DNA of 64,000 nucleotides from an uncultured Ruminococcus sp. (GCA_964430105.1 CAYSEF010000001.1:16170-80169); one strand, 5' to 3'; positions 1-9,602 are shown, counted from the stretch's first letter. The notes: a model not told the origin generated them from the letters alone. A program made the numbers and translations.

Positions 1-282
1 GCACGTGCACTTGTAAGAAAGCCGGAAATACTTATTTTTGATGATTCAGCATCAGCTCTCGACTTTGCTACAGATGCTGCACTTAGAAGGGAACTTGCCG
101 CTCTCGATTATAAACCTACAACGATTATCGTTTCACAGAGAACTTCGTCAATACAGTATGCAGATAAAATCATCGTTCTCGATGATAGCCGTATTGTTGG
201 TATCGGTAAGCATTCTGAACTTCTTGACACTTGTTCTGTATATCGTGAAATTTATGAATCTCAGTATAAAAAGGAGGCGTAA
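1..282 (+). CDS. ABC exporter permease/ATP-binding subunit, C-terminal fragment (5' end outside window)
   Basis: Frame 1 is open from base 1 to TAA at 280-282. Translation ARALVRKPEILIFDDSASALD...IIVSQRTSS shows Walker B, D-loop and H-loop of an ABC NBD. The 38..298 track ORF is in another frame. Confidence 0.85.
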   Translation, partial: ARALVRKPEILIFDDSASALDFATDAALRRELAALDYKPTTIIVSQRTSSIQYADKIIVLDDSRIVGIGKHSELLDTCSVYREIYESQYKKEA

Positions 283-284
283 CC

Positions 285-2063
285 ATGAGCAAAAATAAGA
301 AAAATACTGTCAAAAAAGAAACATGGCACCGCCTTTTAGTATATCTCAAGAGATATCTGCCACTTATCGCATTGACAATAGTGTTGGCGGCTGCAACTGT
401 AATATTGTCCCTTTATATTCCGATACTTTGCGGACGTGCAATTGATGGTATGGATGGCTTGATCGGAATAAATAGTAATAATAGCAATGTTGTATACGAA
501 AATCTTGTGAAAATAGCGGTGTGTGCATCACTGTGCGGAATCCTGCAATGGCTGATGAACGCTGTAAATAATAGAATTACATATTCGGTAACCTGCGATG
601 TTAGACGTGATGCATTTGATACAATGACACATTTGCCTCTGTCTTATATCGATTCGCATCCACACGGTGGTACTGTCAGCAGAGTTATATCGGATGTCGA
701 TCAGTTTGCAGATGGCCTCCTTTTGGGCTTCACACAGTTTTTCTCTGGAATCGTTACTATCGTTTGTACTCTCGTGTTTATGCTGACAATACATCCGCTT
801 ATTACACTTGTAGTTGCGATTTTAACACCACTTTCGCTGTTTGTAGCATCATTTGTTGCAAAAAAGACCTTCTCAATGTTCAAACTGCGTTCGGAAACTA
901 ATGCAGAGCTGACTTCACATATCAATGAGATAGTAGGCGGTCAGGCAGTAGTTCGTGCATTTTCGAGAGAAGCAGAATCACTCGAAAAATTTGACGAAAT
1001 CAACGCAAGACTTGAAAAATGCTCACTTCGTGCTGTATTCTTCTCGTCACTCACAAATCCGTCAACAAGATTTATCAATAATATAGTCTATGCGGCGGTT
1101 TGCTTGACAGGTGCTATGGCTTGTGTGGCAGGAACTATGACTGTAGGTGGACTTACGAGTTTCCTTGCATATGCGAACCAGTATACTAAGCCTTTTAACG
1201 AAATCTCCGGCGTTATAACAGAGCTTCAAAACGCACTTGCTTGCGCCGAGCGTATTTTTGAGCTTATTGATGAGCCAAGATACACACCCGATAAAGAAGA
1301 TGCTCTCGAGCTTGATAATGTAACCGGTGAAGTAAAGCTTGAAAACGTAGATTTCTCATATACTCCTGAACGAGAACTTATTAAAGACCTTGATCTTTCT
1401 GTAATGCATGGTGAGCGTGTTGCTATTGTTGGTCCTACCGGATGCGGAAAAACAACAATAATCAACCTGCTTATGCGATTCTATGATGTACAGAACGGTT
1501 CTATAAAGGTTGACGGAAACGATATTCGTGATATTAAACGAAATTCTCTCCGCGGAATGTATGGTATGGTTCTTCAGGATACATGGATAATGAAGGGAAC
1601 TGTGCGTGACAATATTAAAATGGGTCGTGAGGCTACGGAGGAAGAGGTTATAGCCGCAGCAAAGGCAGCACATGCGCACAGCTTTATTAGACGTTTGCCT
1701 AATGGATATGATACTGTAATCAGTGATGATGGCGGTGCTCTTTCAGCTGGTCAAAGACAGCTTCTCTGTATTGCAAGAGTAATGCTTGAAATTCCGCCAA
1801 TGCTTATACTTGACGAAGCGACATCATCTATCGATACACGTACAGAATTGAAGATACAGAACGCTTTTGCAACGCTTATGAAAGGACGTACATCGTTCAT
1901 TGTTGCACATAGACTTTCGACTATCAAGGAAGCAGATATAATTCTTGTAATGAAAGCAGGTAGGATCGTCGAAACCGGCACACATGATGAGCTTCTCAAA
2001 GCAGGCGGAGCATATGCAGACCTTTGGAATAGTCAATTCGAAGAAGTCAGCAATAATCAGTAA
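285..2063 (+). CDS. ABC exporter permease/ATP-binding subunit (second half of a heterodimeric pair)
   Basis: AAGGAGG lies 8 nt upstream of the ATG. An N-terminal multi-TM exporter domain is followed by Walker A GPTGCGKTT, signature LSAGQRQ, Walker B LILDEATSSID and H-loop VAHRLS. It starts 2 nt after the upstream half-transporter. Confidence 0.9.
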   Translation: MSKNKKNTVKKETWHRLLVYLKRYLPLIALTIVLAAATVILSLYIPILCGRAIDGMDGLIGINSNNSNVVYENLVKIAVCASLCGILQWLMNAVNNRITYSVTCDVRRDAFDTMTHLPLSYIDSHPHGGTVSRVISDVDQFADGLLLGFTQFFSGIVTIVCTLVFMLTIHPLITLVVAILTPLSLFVASFVAKKTFSMFKLRSETNAELTSHINEIVGGQAVVRAFSREAESLEKFDEINARLEKCSLRAVFFSSLTNPSTRFINNIVYAAVCLTGAMACVAGTMTVGGLTSFLAYANQYTKPFNEISGVITELQNALACAERIFELIDEPRYTPDKEDALELDNVTGEVKLENVDFSYTPERELIKDLDLSVMHGERVAIVGPTGCGKTTIINLLMRFYDVQNGSIKVDGNDIRDIKRNSLRGMYGMVLQDTWIMKGTVRDNIKMGREATEEEVIAAAKAAHAHSFIRRLPNGYDTVISDDGGALSAGQRQLLCIARVMLEIPPMLILDEATSSIDTRTELKIQNAFATLMKGRTSFIVAHRLSTIKEADIILVMKAGRIVETGTHDELLKAGGAYADLWNSQFEEVSNNQ

Positions 2064-2142
2064 AAGATAACATTAACAAGACAAATGCCTATATCGAACT
2101 AAACCGATAATAGTCCCTAAACAAGATAAATAAGGAGAGTGT

Positions 2143-3318
2143 ATGAAAAGAAAAAGATCCGGACCATCGTGTCTGGGTTCACTGGTGTTGCTTGCAGTGA
2201 TAGTTTTAGGCTTAAAGATACTATATGATAATCGAGATGAAACTGTGGTCAATAATAGCTTTTTTGACACACAGCAGTCCGAGAATTATGATACATCTAT
2301 TACAGATAATCAACTGTATAATAAGCTTTACAGTGAATTGTCGTCATATGCAACAGAAGTGGAATTTGATTACGACTGTACAGACGAGCTGTTCGATACA
2401 TTTGAGCAGGTATGTGCAGATCATCCTGAATTATTTTGGCTGAACGGAAGTGGCTCAAGTAAAAAAAGTACTCGTGGCACAGATGTAAGCGTAGTTTTAA
2501 CACCAGAACCTGTAGCAACTCTTGTGGAATTATTGAAATTTCGTGAAGATATTGATTCTGTGATTCAGAGTATTCACGAAAAAGTCAATGCTGAGTGGAC
2601 AGATTACGAAAAGATATTGTTTATCCATGATTATCTTGTTGAAAATACGGATTATGATACAGATTGTGCAAATCGAATACTGAATAATGCAGAGTATGCA
2701 GATATTTGGCAAAGCTGTAGTGCATACGGCTGTCTTGTTGATGGTTTGGCAGTATGTTCGGGATATGCAGCAGCGTTCCAGCTTCTTCTGAATGAATTTG
2801 ATATTCCATGTTTCAGAATTTCCGGAATAGATAATGAAAACGGAACTCCGCATGAGTGGAATTGCGTGCAGATAGGAGAAAACTGGTATTACGTTGATGT
2901 AACATGGGACGATCCAACATTTATGAATGAGAATTCAGCGTTTAAGGATCAAATAAGTCATGAGTATTTTTTGATCAATGAACAAACTCTTTCTCTTACT
3001 CATACCATAAATAAGGAAAAGTACGTTCCGAAATGTACCGATAACGGATACTCGTATTATGTTCAAAATAATAAAAATCTTGATTTGTACGACTATGAGC
3101 TTGCACTTGAAATGATAAATGTGCAGAGCGAAAACGATATTATTGAGATAAAATTTTCGACAGTTGAAGAAGCAGAAAAAGCAAAGATAGATTTGTTTGA
3201 AAATTCGAAATTTTATGATATCGAATCGATAAAGAGTAGTGGAGTAAGCTCAATTTCCTATAGCATAGGTAAGACAGGCCTGCTCAGAATCAAGCTTGTC
3301 AGAGAAATTTCGGATTAG
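2143..3318 (+). CDS. membrane-anchored transglutaminase-like (cysteine protease fold) protein
   Basis: SD AAGGAG. N-terminal TM anchor LGSLVLLAVIVLGL. Cys-His-Asp core contexts CSGYAAAF, HEWNCV and VDVTWDD. Confidence 0.75.
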   Translation: MKRKRSGPSCLGSLVLLAVIVLGLKILYDNRDETVVNNSFFDTQQSENYDTSITDNQLYNKLYSELSSYATEVEFDYDCTDELFDTFEQVCADHPELFWLNGSGSSKKSTRGTDVSVVLTPEPVATLVELLKFREDIDSVIQSIHEKVNAEWTDYEKILFIHDYLVENTDYDTDCANRILNNAEYADIWQSCSAYGCLVDGLAVCSGYAAAFQLLLNEFDIPCFRISGIDNENGTPHEWNCVQIGENWYYVDVTWDDPTFMNENSAFKDQISHEYFLINEQTLSLTHTINKEKYVPKCTDNGYSYYVQNNKNLDLYDYELALEMINVQSENDIIEIKFSTVEEAEKAKIDLFENSKFYDIESIKSSGVSSISYSIGKTGLLRIKLVREISD

Positions 3319-3412
3319 TATAAAAACGTAAGTCTTAATTAAACCGAACTCACAAAACAAAATACTGTAGAGTCGCTGTTTTGAAATTCTGCGACTATAC
3401 GGATACTACAAA

Positions 3413-3459
3413 AGAGCCTCAGTCAATCCCAAGCGGACATCGACTGAGACTCTTTTTTT
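3413..3459. terminator. intrinsic terminator hairpin between convergent genes
   Basis: Stem CTCAGTC (3418-3424) pairs with GACTGAG (3442-3448) and extends outward, followed by TTTTTTT on the + strand. It lies between the 3318 stop (+) and the 3472 stop (-). Confidence 0.7.
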
Positions 3460-3471
3460 GTTTCAAATTTT

Positions 3472-3915
3472 TTAATGTGTCACCATTCTACTGCGGGCTT
3501 TTTTTATTTTAGCGCGCTGTTTGTTGGCGGTTCTGCTTTTTTTGTGACCGATTACAGCTCCGATAATTGAAGCGGGAATTACAAGAGAAGTGTAAATTAT
3601 AGACTGTGGTAATGCAAATGCTGAATCCGGCAGTGGAAATGCTGATATGATAAATACGAGAAGTGCAGTGAATAACCCTGACAAAGCTCCTGACGCAATG
3701 CCATCACCGGATATACGAACTGCTGCTATACCTCCAAAAAGCGAACTGAGATATAACGCACAAAGTGACAATGGTGTCGTCAATGATGCCGGATCAGTGG
3801 TGGAATATGCAATGGCGCAGAAAATAAATAAAAGCAATACCGCAGAAATTATCCATGCGATTTGAGAAAATAAACAGGAGAGAAGAAGATTTCGTTCGCT
3901 TTCGTTGTGTTTCAT
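3472..3915 (-). CDS. small polytopic membrane protein (resembles the TIGR04086-type protein that follows yajC in Clostridia)
   Basis: G/A/S-rich sequence with about four TM helices and a basic C-terminal tail. Start set at the internal ATG 3915, preceded by GGAGGA; the track ORF extends to 4020 without an SD. Confidence 0.6.
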   Translation of the reverse strand: MKHNESERNLLLSCLFSQIAWIISAVLLLFIFCAIAYSTTDPASLTTPLSLCALYLSSLFGGIAAVRISGDGIASGALSGLFTALLVFIISAFPLPDSAFALPQSIIYTSLVIPASIIGAVIGHKKSRTANKQRAKIKKARSRMVTH

Positions 3916-4031
3916 ATTTTCCTCCGATGAATTAAAGCACTGATACAAGGTGAACAGTGATGCCAACGTATAAAATAGCTTTGTAAAAAATGTATGCGGA
4001 GAAACCGGAAATAAGTACATTAAATCAACTT

Positions 4032-4085
4032 AAAATAAAAAAACAGAGCCTTAACAAATTCAATCGAATCTGCAAAAACTCTGTT
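4032..4085 (-). terminator. intrinsic terminator after yajC
   Basis: On the minus strand, ACAGAG...CTCTGT outer stem plus inner stem CAGATTC/GAATTTG, followed by a T-run (A-run 4032-4043 on +). Confidence 0.65.
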
Positions 4086-4139
4086 ATATAGCTTGGATAA
4101 GATTTTAGATACGCCTAAACTGTCACAGGTACGTTGTTC

Positions 4140-4463
4140 TTAGTCAGCGTCTTCTGCCTTAACGTCAACATTGCGTACAGCAGTGCGAAGAATACGAATC
4201 TTGTTGCGTTCATTGCTTGTTTCAATGAGAACTGTTTCGTCCTTGATTGAAACTATCTTGCCGATAATACCACCGATAGTTGTGATTTCGTCACCAACCT
4301 GAAGACCATCGCGCATATCCTTGTCCTGTTTTTCCTGCTTCTTCTGAGGACGATACATAAAGAAATAGAATATCGCAATCATAGCGACGAGCATAACAAG
4401 AGTGGAAACTGTGCTTACTGTAGGATCAGCTACAGCACCGGCAGCTTCGAGAAAATAATACAT
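4140..4463 (-). CDS. yajC: preprotein translocase subunit YajC
   Basis: 107 aa with a single N-terminal TM. Contains MYRPQKKQEK...GDEITTIGGIIGKIVSI, typical of YajC. SD AAGGAG. Confidence 0.88.
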   Translation of the reverse strand: MYYFLEAAGAVADPTVSTVSTLVMLVAMIAIFYFFMYRPQKKQEKQDKDMRDGLQVGDEITTIGGIIGKIVSIKDETVLIETSNERNKIRILRTAVRNVDVKAEDAD

Positions 4464-4565
4464 GATATAACTCCTTAAATTTTTATTTGCCTATCTATTA
4501 TATAATAAATGAAAACAATATGCAAGAAGATATGCATCGAATTCATAATAAGTTAAAATTTGTAC

Positions 4566-5237
4566 TCATCTCCATCTTTTGAAAGCACTGAGCATTGAGA
4601 TAAGCTCGAGGTAATTATTGGCAGGAATAATTCCACCGCTACCACAAGCCCATTTTCCTGAATATTCTCGTGAGAGCTTCTCAATTCTGGAATGTATCTG
4701 GACAGGTGAGCTGTTTGAAGTCCATTCTGTACCTATTCCGCTGAGTATTCGTATTTTGTCGCTGTATTTTTCCAGATAATATTCAGCATTTTCTCGACAG
4801 AACCAACCGCTGTCACCCTGCGATATAGCATTTTCAATAGATGAGTCCATTCTGATTACAGGTAGCTTATCAGAAGTACCGTTGCCATATACGCATAAAC
4901 AGTCAAAATAAGGCTCACACATTGAAATATCATTTGAGTCGCAGATAACAGCATATCCTACTTCATTATTATTGCGGAATTTTGGAATTACAGACATCAC
5001 TTCGTCTTTTTTTTCGCTTGAATAATCTCGAATATCAATGAAAACCATGTCAGATTGAGTATGCTCTGTAAGATATGTAAGTGTTTCAAGCGTATGCTCG
5101 ACTGTGTTCCAAAGATGCTCTCCTCGTCTCCAAATGAGAGTTTCTGTATGAGTATGAGATAAAAACGGCTCGAATAATACGCTGACCTTTCCGTTACCAT
5201 GCAGAAAATCAAGAAAATATCGTTTATCGCAAGACAT
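4566..5237 (-). CDS. hypothetical protein, no recognisable family
   Basis: 223-aa ORF with a strong SD (GGAGGAG) before ATG 5237. No TM segment or signal peptide. Seven Cys residues. Same strand as, and directly upstream of, yajC. Confidence 0.6.
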   Translation of the reverse strand: MSCDKRYFLDFLHGNGKVSVLFEPFLSHTHTETLIWRRGEHLWNTVEHTLETLTYLTEHTQSDMVFIDIRDYSSEKKDEVMSVIPKFRNNNEVGYAVICDSNDISMCEPYFDCLCVYGNGTSDKLPVIRMDSSIENAISQGDSGWFCRENAEYYLEKYSDKIRILSGIGTEWTSNSSPVQIHSRIEKLSREYSGKWACGSGGIIPANNYLELISMLSAFKRWR

Positions 5238-5391
5238 ATTCTCCTCCGACGATCTTGTTGTTATTGAATATTCGTTATTTTTAAAAATTTAACAGGCAAA
5301 TTTAGGACATTATACTACAATATGCGACAAAATGCAAGTTTTAAGCTGAAAATCACGAAAGATTAAAATTATTAAAAATATAATATGCCTA

Positions 5392-5420
5392 TTGACAACA
5401 CTCATAGTGTGTGGTATAAT
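5392..5420 (+). promoter_or_regulatory. sigma-A type promoter of the GntR/ABC operon
   Basis: TTGACA (5392-5397), 17-nt spacer, TGgTATAAT (extended -10; TATAAT at 5415-5420). Confidence 0.65.
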
Positions 5421-5422
5421 CC

Positions 5423-5449
5423 AACTGTACTAATACAAATAATACAGTT
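5423..5449 (+). promoter_or_regulatory. inverted repeat, candidate GntR/YtrA operator
   Basis: AACTGTA (5423-5429) and TACAGTT (5443-5449) form a perfect 7-bp inverted repeat immediately downstream of the -10 element. Confidence 0.45.
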
Positions 5450-5477
5450 AATACAACTTAGCAAGGGGGGATTGAAT

Positions 5478-5864
5478 TTGAGTCTTATCACAGTAGATCT
5501 GCGTGATAGAAAACAGCTATACGAACAGATCATCGACAATATCAAAAACCTCATTTTAACAGGCGAATTTAAAGTCGATGATCGCTTGCCATCGGTCAGA
5601 GCTCTTGCAAAGGAGCTTGGTATCAACCCTAATACGATACAAAAAGCATACAGTGAGCTTGAAAGGCAGGGAATAATAATGACGCTTCCGGGACGTGGCA
5701 GTATTATTTTGAGTGATAAAAATTCTCTGAGAGGCGAAAAGCTTGATGACCTTACTGAAAAGCTAACGTCTATTGCTTTTGAAATGCAAACATCAGGAGT
5801 GTCTGAAGAAGAATTTATTGAAATAGCGAGAAGTGCATATAAGAAAGCAGGTGCAAATTTATGA
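5478..5864 (+). CDS. GntR family transcriptional regulator, short YtrA-like subfamily
   Basis: wHTH motif LPSVRALAKELGINPNTIQKAYSELERQGII. Total length about 128 aa. Start set at TTG 5478, 7 nt after AAGGGGGG; the upstream part of the track ORF covers the promoter. Confidence 0.8.
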   Translation: MSLITVDLRDRKQLYEQIIDNIKNLILTGEFKVDDRLPSVRALAKELGINPNTIQKAYSELERQGIIMTLPGRGSIILSDKNSLRGEKLDDLTEKLTSIAFEMQTSGVSEEEFIEIARSAYKKAGANL

Positions 5865-6772
5865 TAAAAATAGATTCCATCAGCAAAACGTTCGATGTAG
5901 TAAAAAGTCTTGATAATGTGTCTCTCATGATAGAAAATGGCTCTATTTTCGGACTTATCGGGTCAAATGGTTCAGGTAAATCCACGATAATGAAAATAAT
6001 GTGTGGCGTGTATAAACCCGACTCCGGAGATATACTTTACGACGGAATACCTGTTTGGGAGAATTCCGAGGTCAAGAGAAATGTTGTTTATTTATCGGAT
6101 GATCAGTATTTTCTTCCGAATTGTACACCTGCTGATATGGCAAGACTGTATGCATCGGTGTATCCTACATTTTCGCATGAAAAATTCAGCGAATATATGA
6201 AGATTTTCGGCCTCGACGAAAGACGTAAGGTGACAACATTTTCAAAAGGTATGCAGAAGCAGGTGTCGTTCCTTCTTGGACTTGCATCGGGTACAGATTA
6301 CCTTTTCTGTGATGAAACACTCGACGGACTTGATCCCGTAATGCGTCAGGCTGTCAGAAAGATAATTGCCGCAGAAGTTGCAGAACGCAGAATGTGTGTG
6401 GTTTTCGCATCACATAACCTTAAAGAGCTTGAGGATATCTGCGACCATGTTGCATTACTGCATAAGGGCGAATTACTGTTTGAAGCAGGTATAGATGATG
6501 TAAAATTGGGAATACATAAAATTCAGGTATCATTCCCGAAGGAGCGTCTTGATGAAGCTAAAACAGACCTTGAGAAGCTGAATCTGATTTCCATAGAGCA
6601 GAGAGGTAGCTTGTTTACATTGGTTGTAAGAGGTCACGAGGACGAAATAGATGACTATATCAAGGCACGAAATCCGATATTTATAGAATTTATTCCTCTT
6701 ACACTTGAAGAGATATTTATTGCAGAAATGGAGGAGCGAGGATATGAATTCCACGACGAATACATTGGCTAA
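5861..6772 (+). CDS. ABC transporter ATP-binding protein (ABC-2/YtrB-like)
   Basis: ATGA overlap with the regulator gene. Walker A GSNGSGKST, signature FSKGMQKQ, Walker B YLFCDETLDGLD, H-loop FASHNL. Confidence 0.9.
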   Translation: MIKIDSISKTFDVVKSLDNVSLMIENGSIFGLIGSNGSGKSTIMKIMCGVYKPDSGDILYDGIPVWENSEVKRNVVYLSDDQYFLPNCTPADMARLYASVYPTFSHEKFSEYMKIFGLDERRKVTTFSKGMQKQVSFLLGLASGTDYLFCDETLDGLDPVMRQAVRKIIAAEVAERRMCVVFASHNLKELEDICDHVALLHKGELLFEAGIDDVKLGIHKIQVSFPKERLDEAKTDLEKLNLISIEQRGSLFTLVVRGHEDEIDDYIKARNPIFIEFIPLTLEEIFIAEMEERGYEFHDEYIG

Positions 6773-8969
6773 AAAATACTCAGCGAAAGCATTTTTCAGA
6801 TTTAATTTTCGACAGAACATACATCATTTACTGCTCTATCTTATCGTGGTAACACTGGTGATGATAATGCCGAGTGTCATTATGATAAATGACTATTATG
6901 ATACTGTAACTTTTTACGACAAAACAAATAGCAGAATAGCAAATTGTGTAGCTAATCTTGGAGGTATCGGTGTAATTGTGTCGGGCTGTATAGCAGTACT
7001 TGCCGGTATGAGTACCATTACATACGTCAATTCAAAGCAAAATATCGGATGCTATCATAGCTTTCCGATAAAGCGTGAAACTATGTATTTAACAGAGAGC
7101 TTGACCAGAACACTCTACTGGCTTATAACAATGCTGTTCGGATACAGTGTGTCATATATTATTATGCTTGCCGCACTCCCGACAGATATCGTTCTCGATA
7201 ATTTCAGCATATTTATGAAGCTTGTTTTCGTTGCAATGCTTGCGTTTATGCTTATCTATGCTGTGTTCTTGTTTGCCGCAGGTCTTACTGGTACAGCTTT
7301 CATGAGATTAATAATGGTTTGTGCAGTATTTTTCCTGCCTATCATTGTGTATTCGATATTTGTTATGATGTTTTGCAAAGCAAATGACAATTTACACGAA
7401 ACATATTATTTCAGTGATGAGGTAATGCAGTATCTTTGCTCACCGGTACGTGCATATATGGGAACAATGGAACTGCTTGAGGAAGGTAAGTGTCTAAAGC
7501 TTCTCCTTGTTATTCCTGAATCTGTCGCTTTCTATGTCGGTGGTATAATTTTGCATAAATTCCGCAAAACGGAGCTTGCAGGTACCACCATTATCTGGAA
7601 ACCGGTCTGGAATGTTCTGAAATACACTGTCGTAGCTTCATGTACTCTCTTTTGCGCATATATATTTGAAGCTATCGATGGTGGAAGTCTTTCGTTTATG
7701 ATAGGCGCACTTGTCGGAGCCGTACTGTCGCTTATTCTTACAAATACACTCTTTTATCGTTCGTCGAAAGCAATGTTCAAGGGAATTAAGCCATTTGCAG
7801 TTTGCTGTGCGTTGATGCTCGTGTTCATATTGATTGTACCATTCAATGTTACAGGTAAAATAGGTCAGCTTTATTCCGCCGGAAATACAAGAGAGCTTAC
7901 ATTGGAAATCGGTAATCTCGATGCAGACCTTACATTTGACAACCCTGACGATATAGCACATATTCTTGCTATGCTTGAGGATGATAATGCAATGTATTCC
8001 GGTGCTATAATTCCGGAGTATCGTATGCTCGATCCCAAGGATGATCCCGATTATGAGCTTCTTGACGATGGATTTCTCGCTACAGCCTATGAAGATTATT
8101 ATAAAATGTCGGCAGAGGAATTTAAGAAGTGCTATGATACTCAATCAGCAAACTATTTCGGTGCAACCCAGTATCGTATCACATTAACTCAAAAGCCGAA
8201 GTTTGGTATTCCGCTTTGCTTGGGCCTTGGCGCGGATGCAAACAGTACATTTTCATCTGAAATCGTCAGAACTAAACAGTATTCTGATATAATGGATGTG
8301 TCGTCGTGGATGGATTTCGACAGTATCACCGAAATAGCATTTAAAATTGATAATCGTAATCTCTCCATTACAAAAGGAGCTATGCAGACTGATGATACCA
8401 GTAGATGTTATTACTATAATCGCAATATCAGCTACGAAAAAGATATTGTTGGAATGTTTGAAAAGGCTGTTTCTGTTCTGTCATTGACGGGATTTGACGA
8501 AAGTATTCACGAAAACTCGCCTATAATCGGTTGTATCGATGTGTACTACAATTATAATAAGAATTCTTTCCATTATCCGATTTATGCGGAGAATCTTGAA
8601 ATGATGAACGCAGTATCCGAATTGTTTTTCGTGTTCAAGGAAACAAACGAAGAATGGAAGCCGTATAAAACAGCAGATGAATACTACAGCGAATCACTTG
8701 AGTATATCGAAGGTACAAATAATTTGATATTGCTGGTGAATTGTGAAACAGGCGAAACAAAGAAGCTGACAACAGATGAGTTTGTAAAGCTTGGAAAATA
8801 CACAACATCCTTTGTGACGGAGGATACGTGGAGATGGTATTATCTCGACAGAAAGTCTGAGAATAAATATATGATAATATATCAGCTTGATGAATATTAC
8901 GACCTGACGATCAACTTCCGACTTAATGCTGTAACAGACGAAGAACTGGATGACATCTTTGTAAAATAA
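6744..8969 (+). CDS. large polytopic ABC-associated membrane protein with ~355-aa C-terminal non-membrane domain
   Basis: Start set at ATG 6744 behind GGAGG (alternative ATG at 6705). The first ~385 aa carry multiple TM helices. The remaining ~355 aa are hydrophilic and D/E/Y/N-rich with no motif I recognise. It overlaps the ATPase gene. Confidence 0.7.
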   Translation: MNSTTNTLAKKYSAKAFFRFNFRQNIHHLLLYLIVVTLVMIMPSVIMINDYYDTVTFYDKTNSRIANCVANLGGIGVIVSGCIAVLAGMSTITYVNSKQNIGCYHSFPIKRETMYLTESLTRTLYWLITMLFGYSVSYIIMLAALPTDIVLDNFSIFMKLVFVAMLAFMLIYAVFLFAAGLTGTAFMRLIMVCAVFFLPIIVYSIFVMMFCKANDNLHETYYFSDEVMQYLCSPVRAYMGTMELLEEGKCLKLLLVIPESVAFYVGGIILHKFRKTELAGTTIIWKPVWNVLKYTVVASCTLFCAYIFEAIDGGSLSFMIGALVGAVLSLILTNTLFYRSSKAMFKGIKPFAVCCALMLVFILIVPFNVTGKIGQLYSAGNTRELTLEIGNLDADLTFDNPDDIAHILAMLEDDNAMYSGAIIPEYRMLDPKDDPDYELLDDGFLATAYEDYYKMSAEEFKKCYDTQSANYFGATQYRITLTQKPKFGIPLCLGLGADANSTFSSEIVRTKQYSDIMDVSSWMDFDSITEIAFKIDNRNLSITKGAMQTDDTSRCYYYNRNISYEKDIVGMFEKAVSVLSLTGFDESIHENSPIIGCIDVYYNYNKNSFHYPIYAENLEMMNAVSELFFVFKETNEEWKPYKTADEYYSESLEYIEGTNNLILLVNCETGETKKLTTDEFVKLGKYTTSFVTEDTWRWYYLDRKSENKYMIIYQLDEYYDLTINFRLNAVTDEELDDIFVK

Positions 8970-8979
8970 TATAATAATG

Positions 8980-9025
8980 AAAGAAATCCTCCTATGGCGA
9001 GTGTCACGGGAGGATTTCTGTTTTT
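8980..9025. terminator. bidirectional intrinsic terminator
   Basis: 11-bp stem AGAAATCCTCC (8982-8992) / GGAGGATTTCT (9009-9019), followed by TTTTT. It sits between convergent stops at 8969 (+) and 9024 (-). Confidence 0.8.
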
Positions 9026-9233
9026 AGGAATCGTAGCTTTGACTTTCACGCGGACGGAAGAGCAGGGAAATGCACCAGATACCTGCCAATGCTACAACTG
9101 TATAAACGATGCGTGAAAGCATAGAAGCCTGACCGCCGAACAGCCATGAAACAATGTCAAACTTGAAAAGTCCGACAGAACCCCAGTTCAGTGCACCGAT
9201 TATTACGAGAGCAAGCGAAATTCGATCGAGCAT
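9024..9233 (-). CDS. DUF378-type small membrane protein
   Basis: 69 aa, MLDRISLALVIIGALNWGSVGLFKFDIVSWLFGG..., two TM helices. Start at ATG 9233 behind AAGGAG. Confidence 0.75.
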   Translation of the reverse strand: MLDRISLALVIIGALNWGSVGLFKFDIVSWLFGGQASMLSRIVYTVVALAGIWCISLLFRPRESQSYDS

Positions 9234-9442
9234 AGTTATTCTCCTTTCGGTAAGACTAAGTATAGTTTTGCCGTATATTTTGTGTGTTAAGCATGGGAAT
9301 TTTGGGAAATAATAAATCACGAAAATCAAGCGATTTTTCGAGCATTTGCAGTAAATTTTTGAATTTCAAAGAAAATTTATTAAAAATATACAATTTTTGA
9401 TGAAAATTTGCGCTAAAAATCTATTCTAATATTGATTGTTTT

Positions 9443-9474
9443 GTGAAGATTTTTTGAGAAAAATGTGGTATAAT
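9443..9474 (+). promoter_or_regulatory. candidate extended -10 promoter of the Opp-type operon
   Basis: TGgTATAAT at 9466-9474. The -35 element is poor (AAGATT). Confidence 0.45.
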
Positions 9475-9602
9475 TGTACGAGAAATAATTATAATTTTAT
9501 TTCTGATGGATGAGGATTTTTTGGAAGTTATTCTTGTCTGTCAAAAAAATTATTGAATAAGGCGTATGTCTTGTTCATACAAAAATATATTTGGAGGCAA
9601 AT

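Noticed and set aside
38-298. 86-aa ORF at the left edge
   Set aside because: Frame 1 of the same DNA encodes a clean ABC NBD C-terminus ending at 282. This ORF is an alternative-frame artefact.
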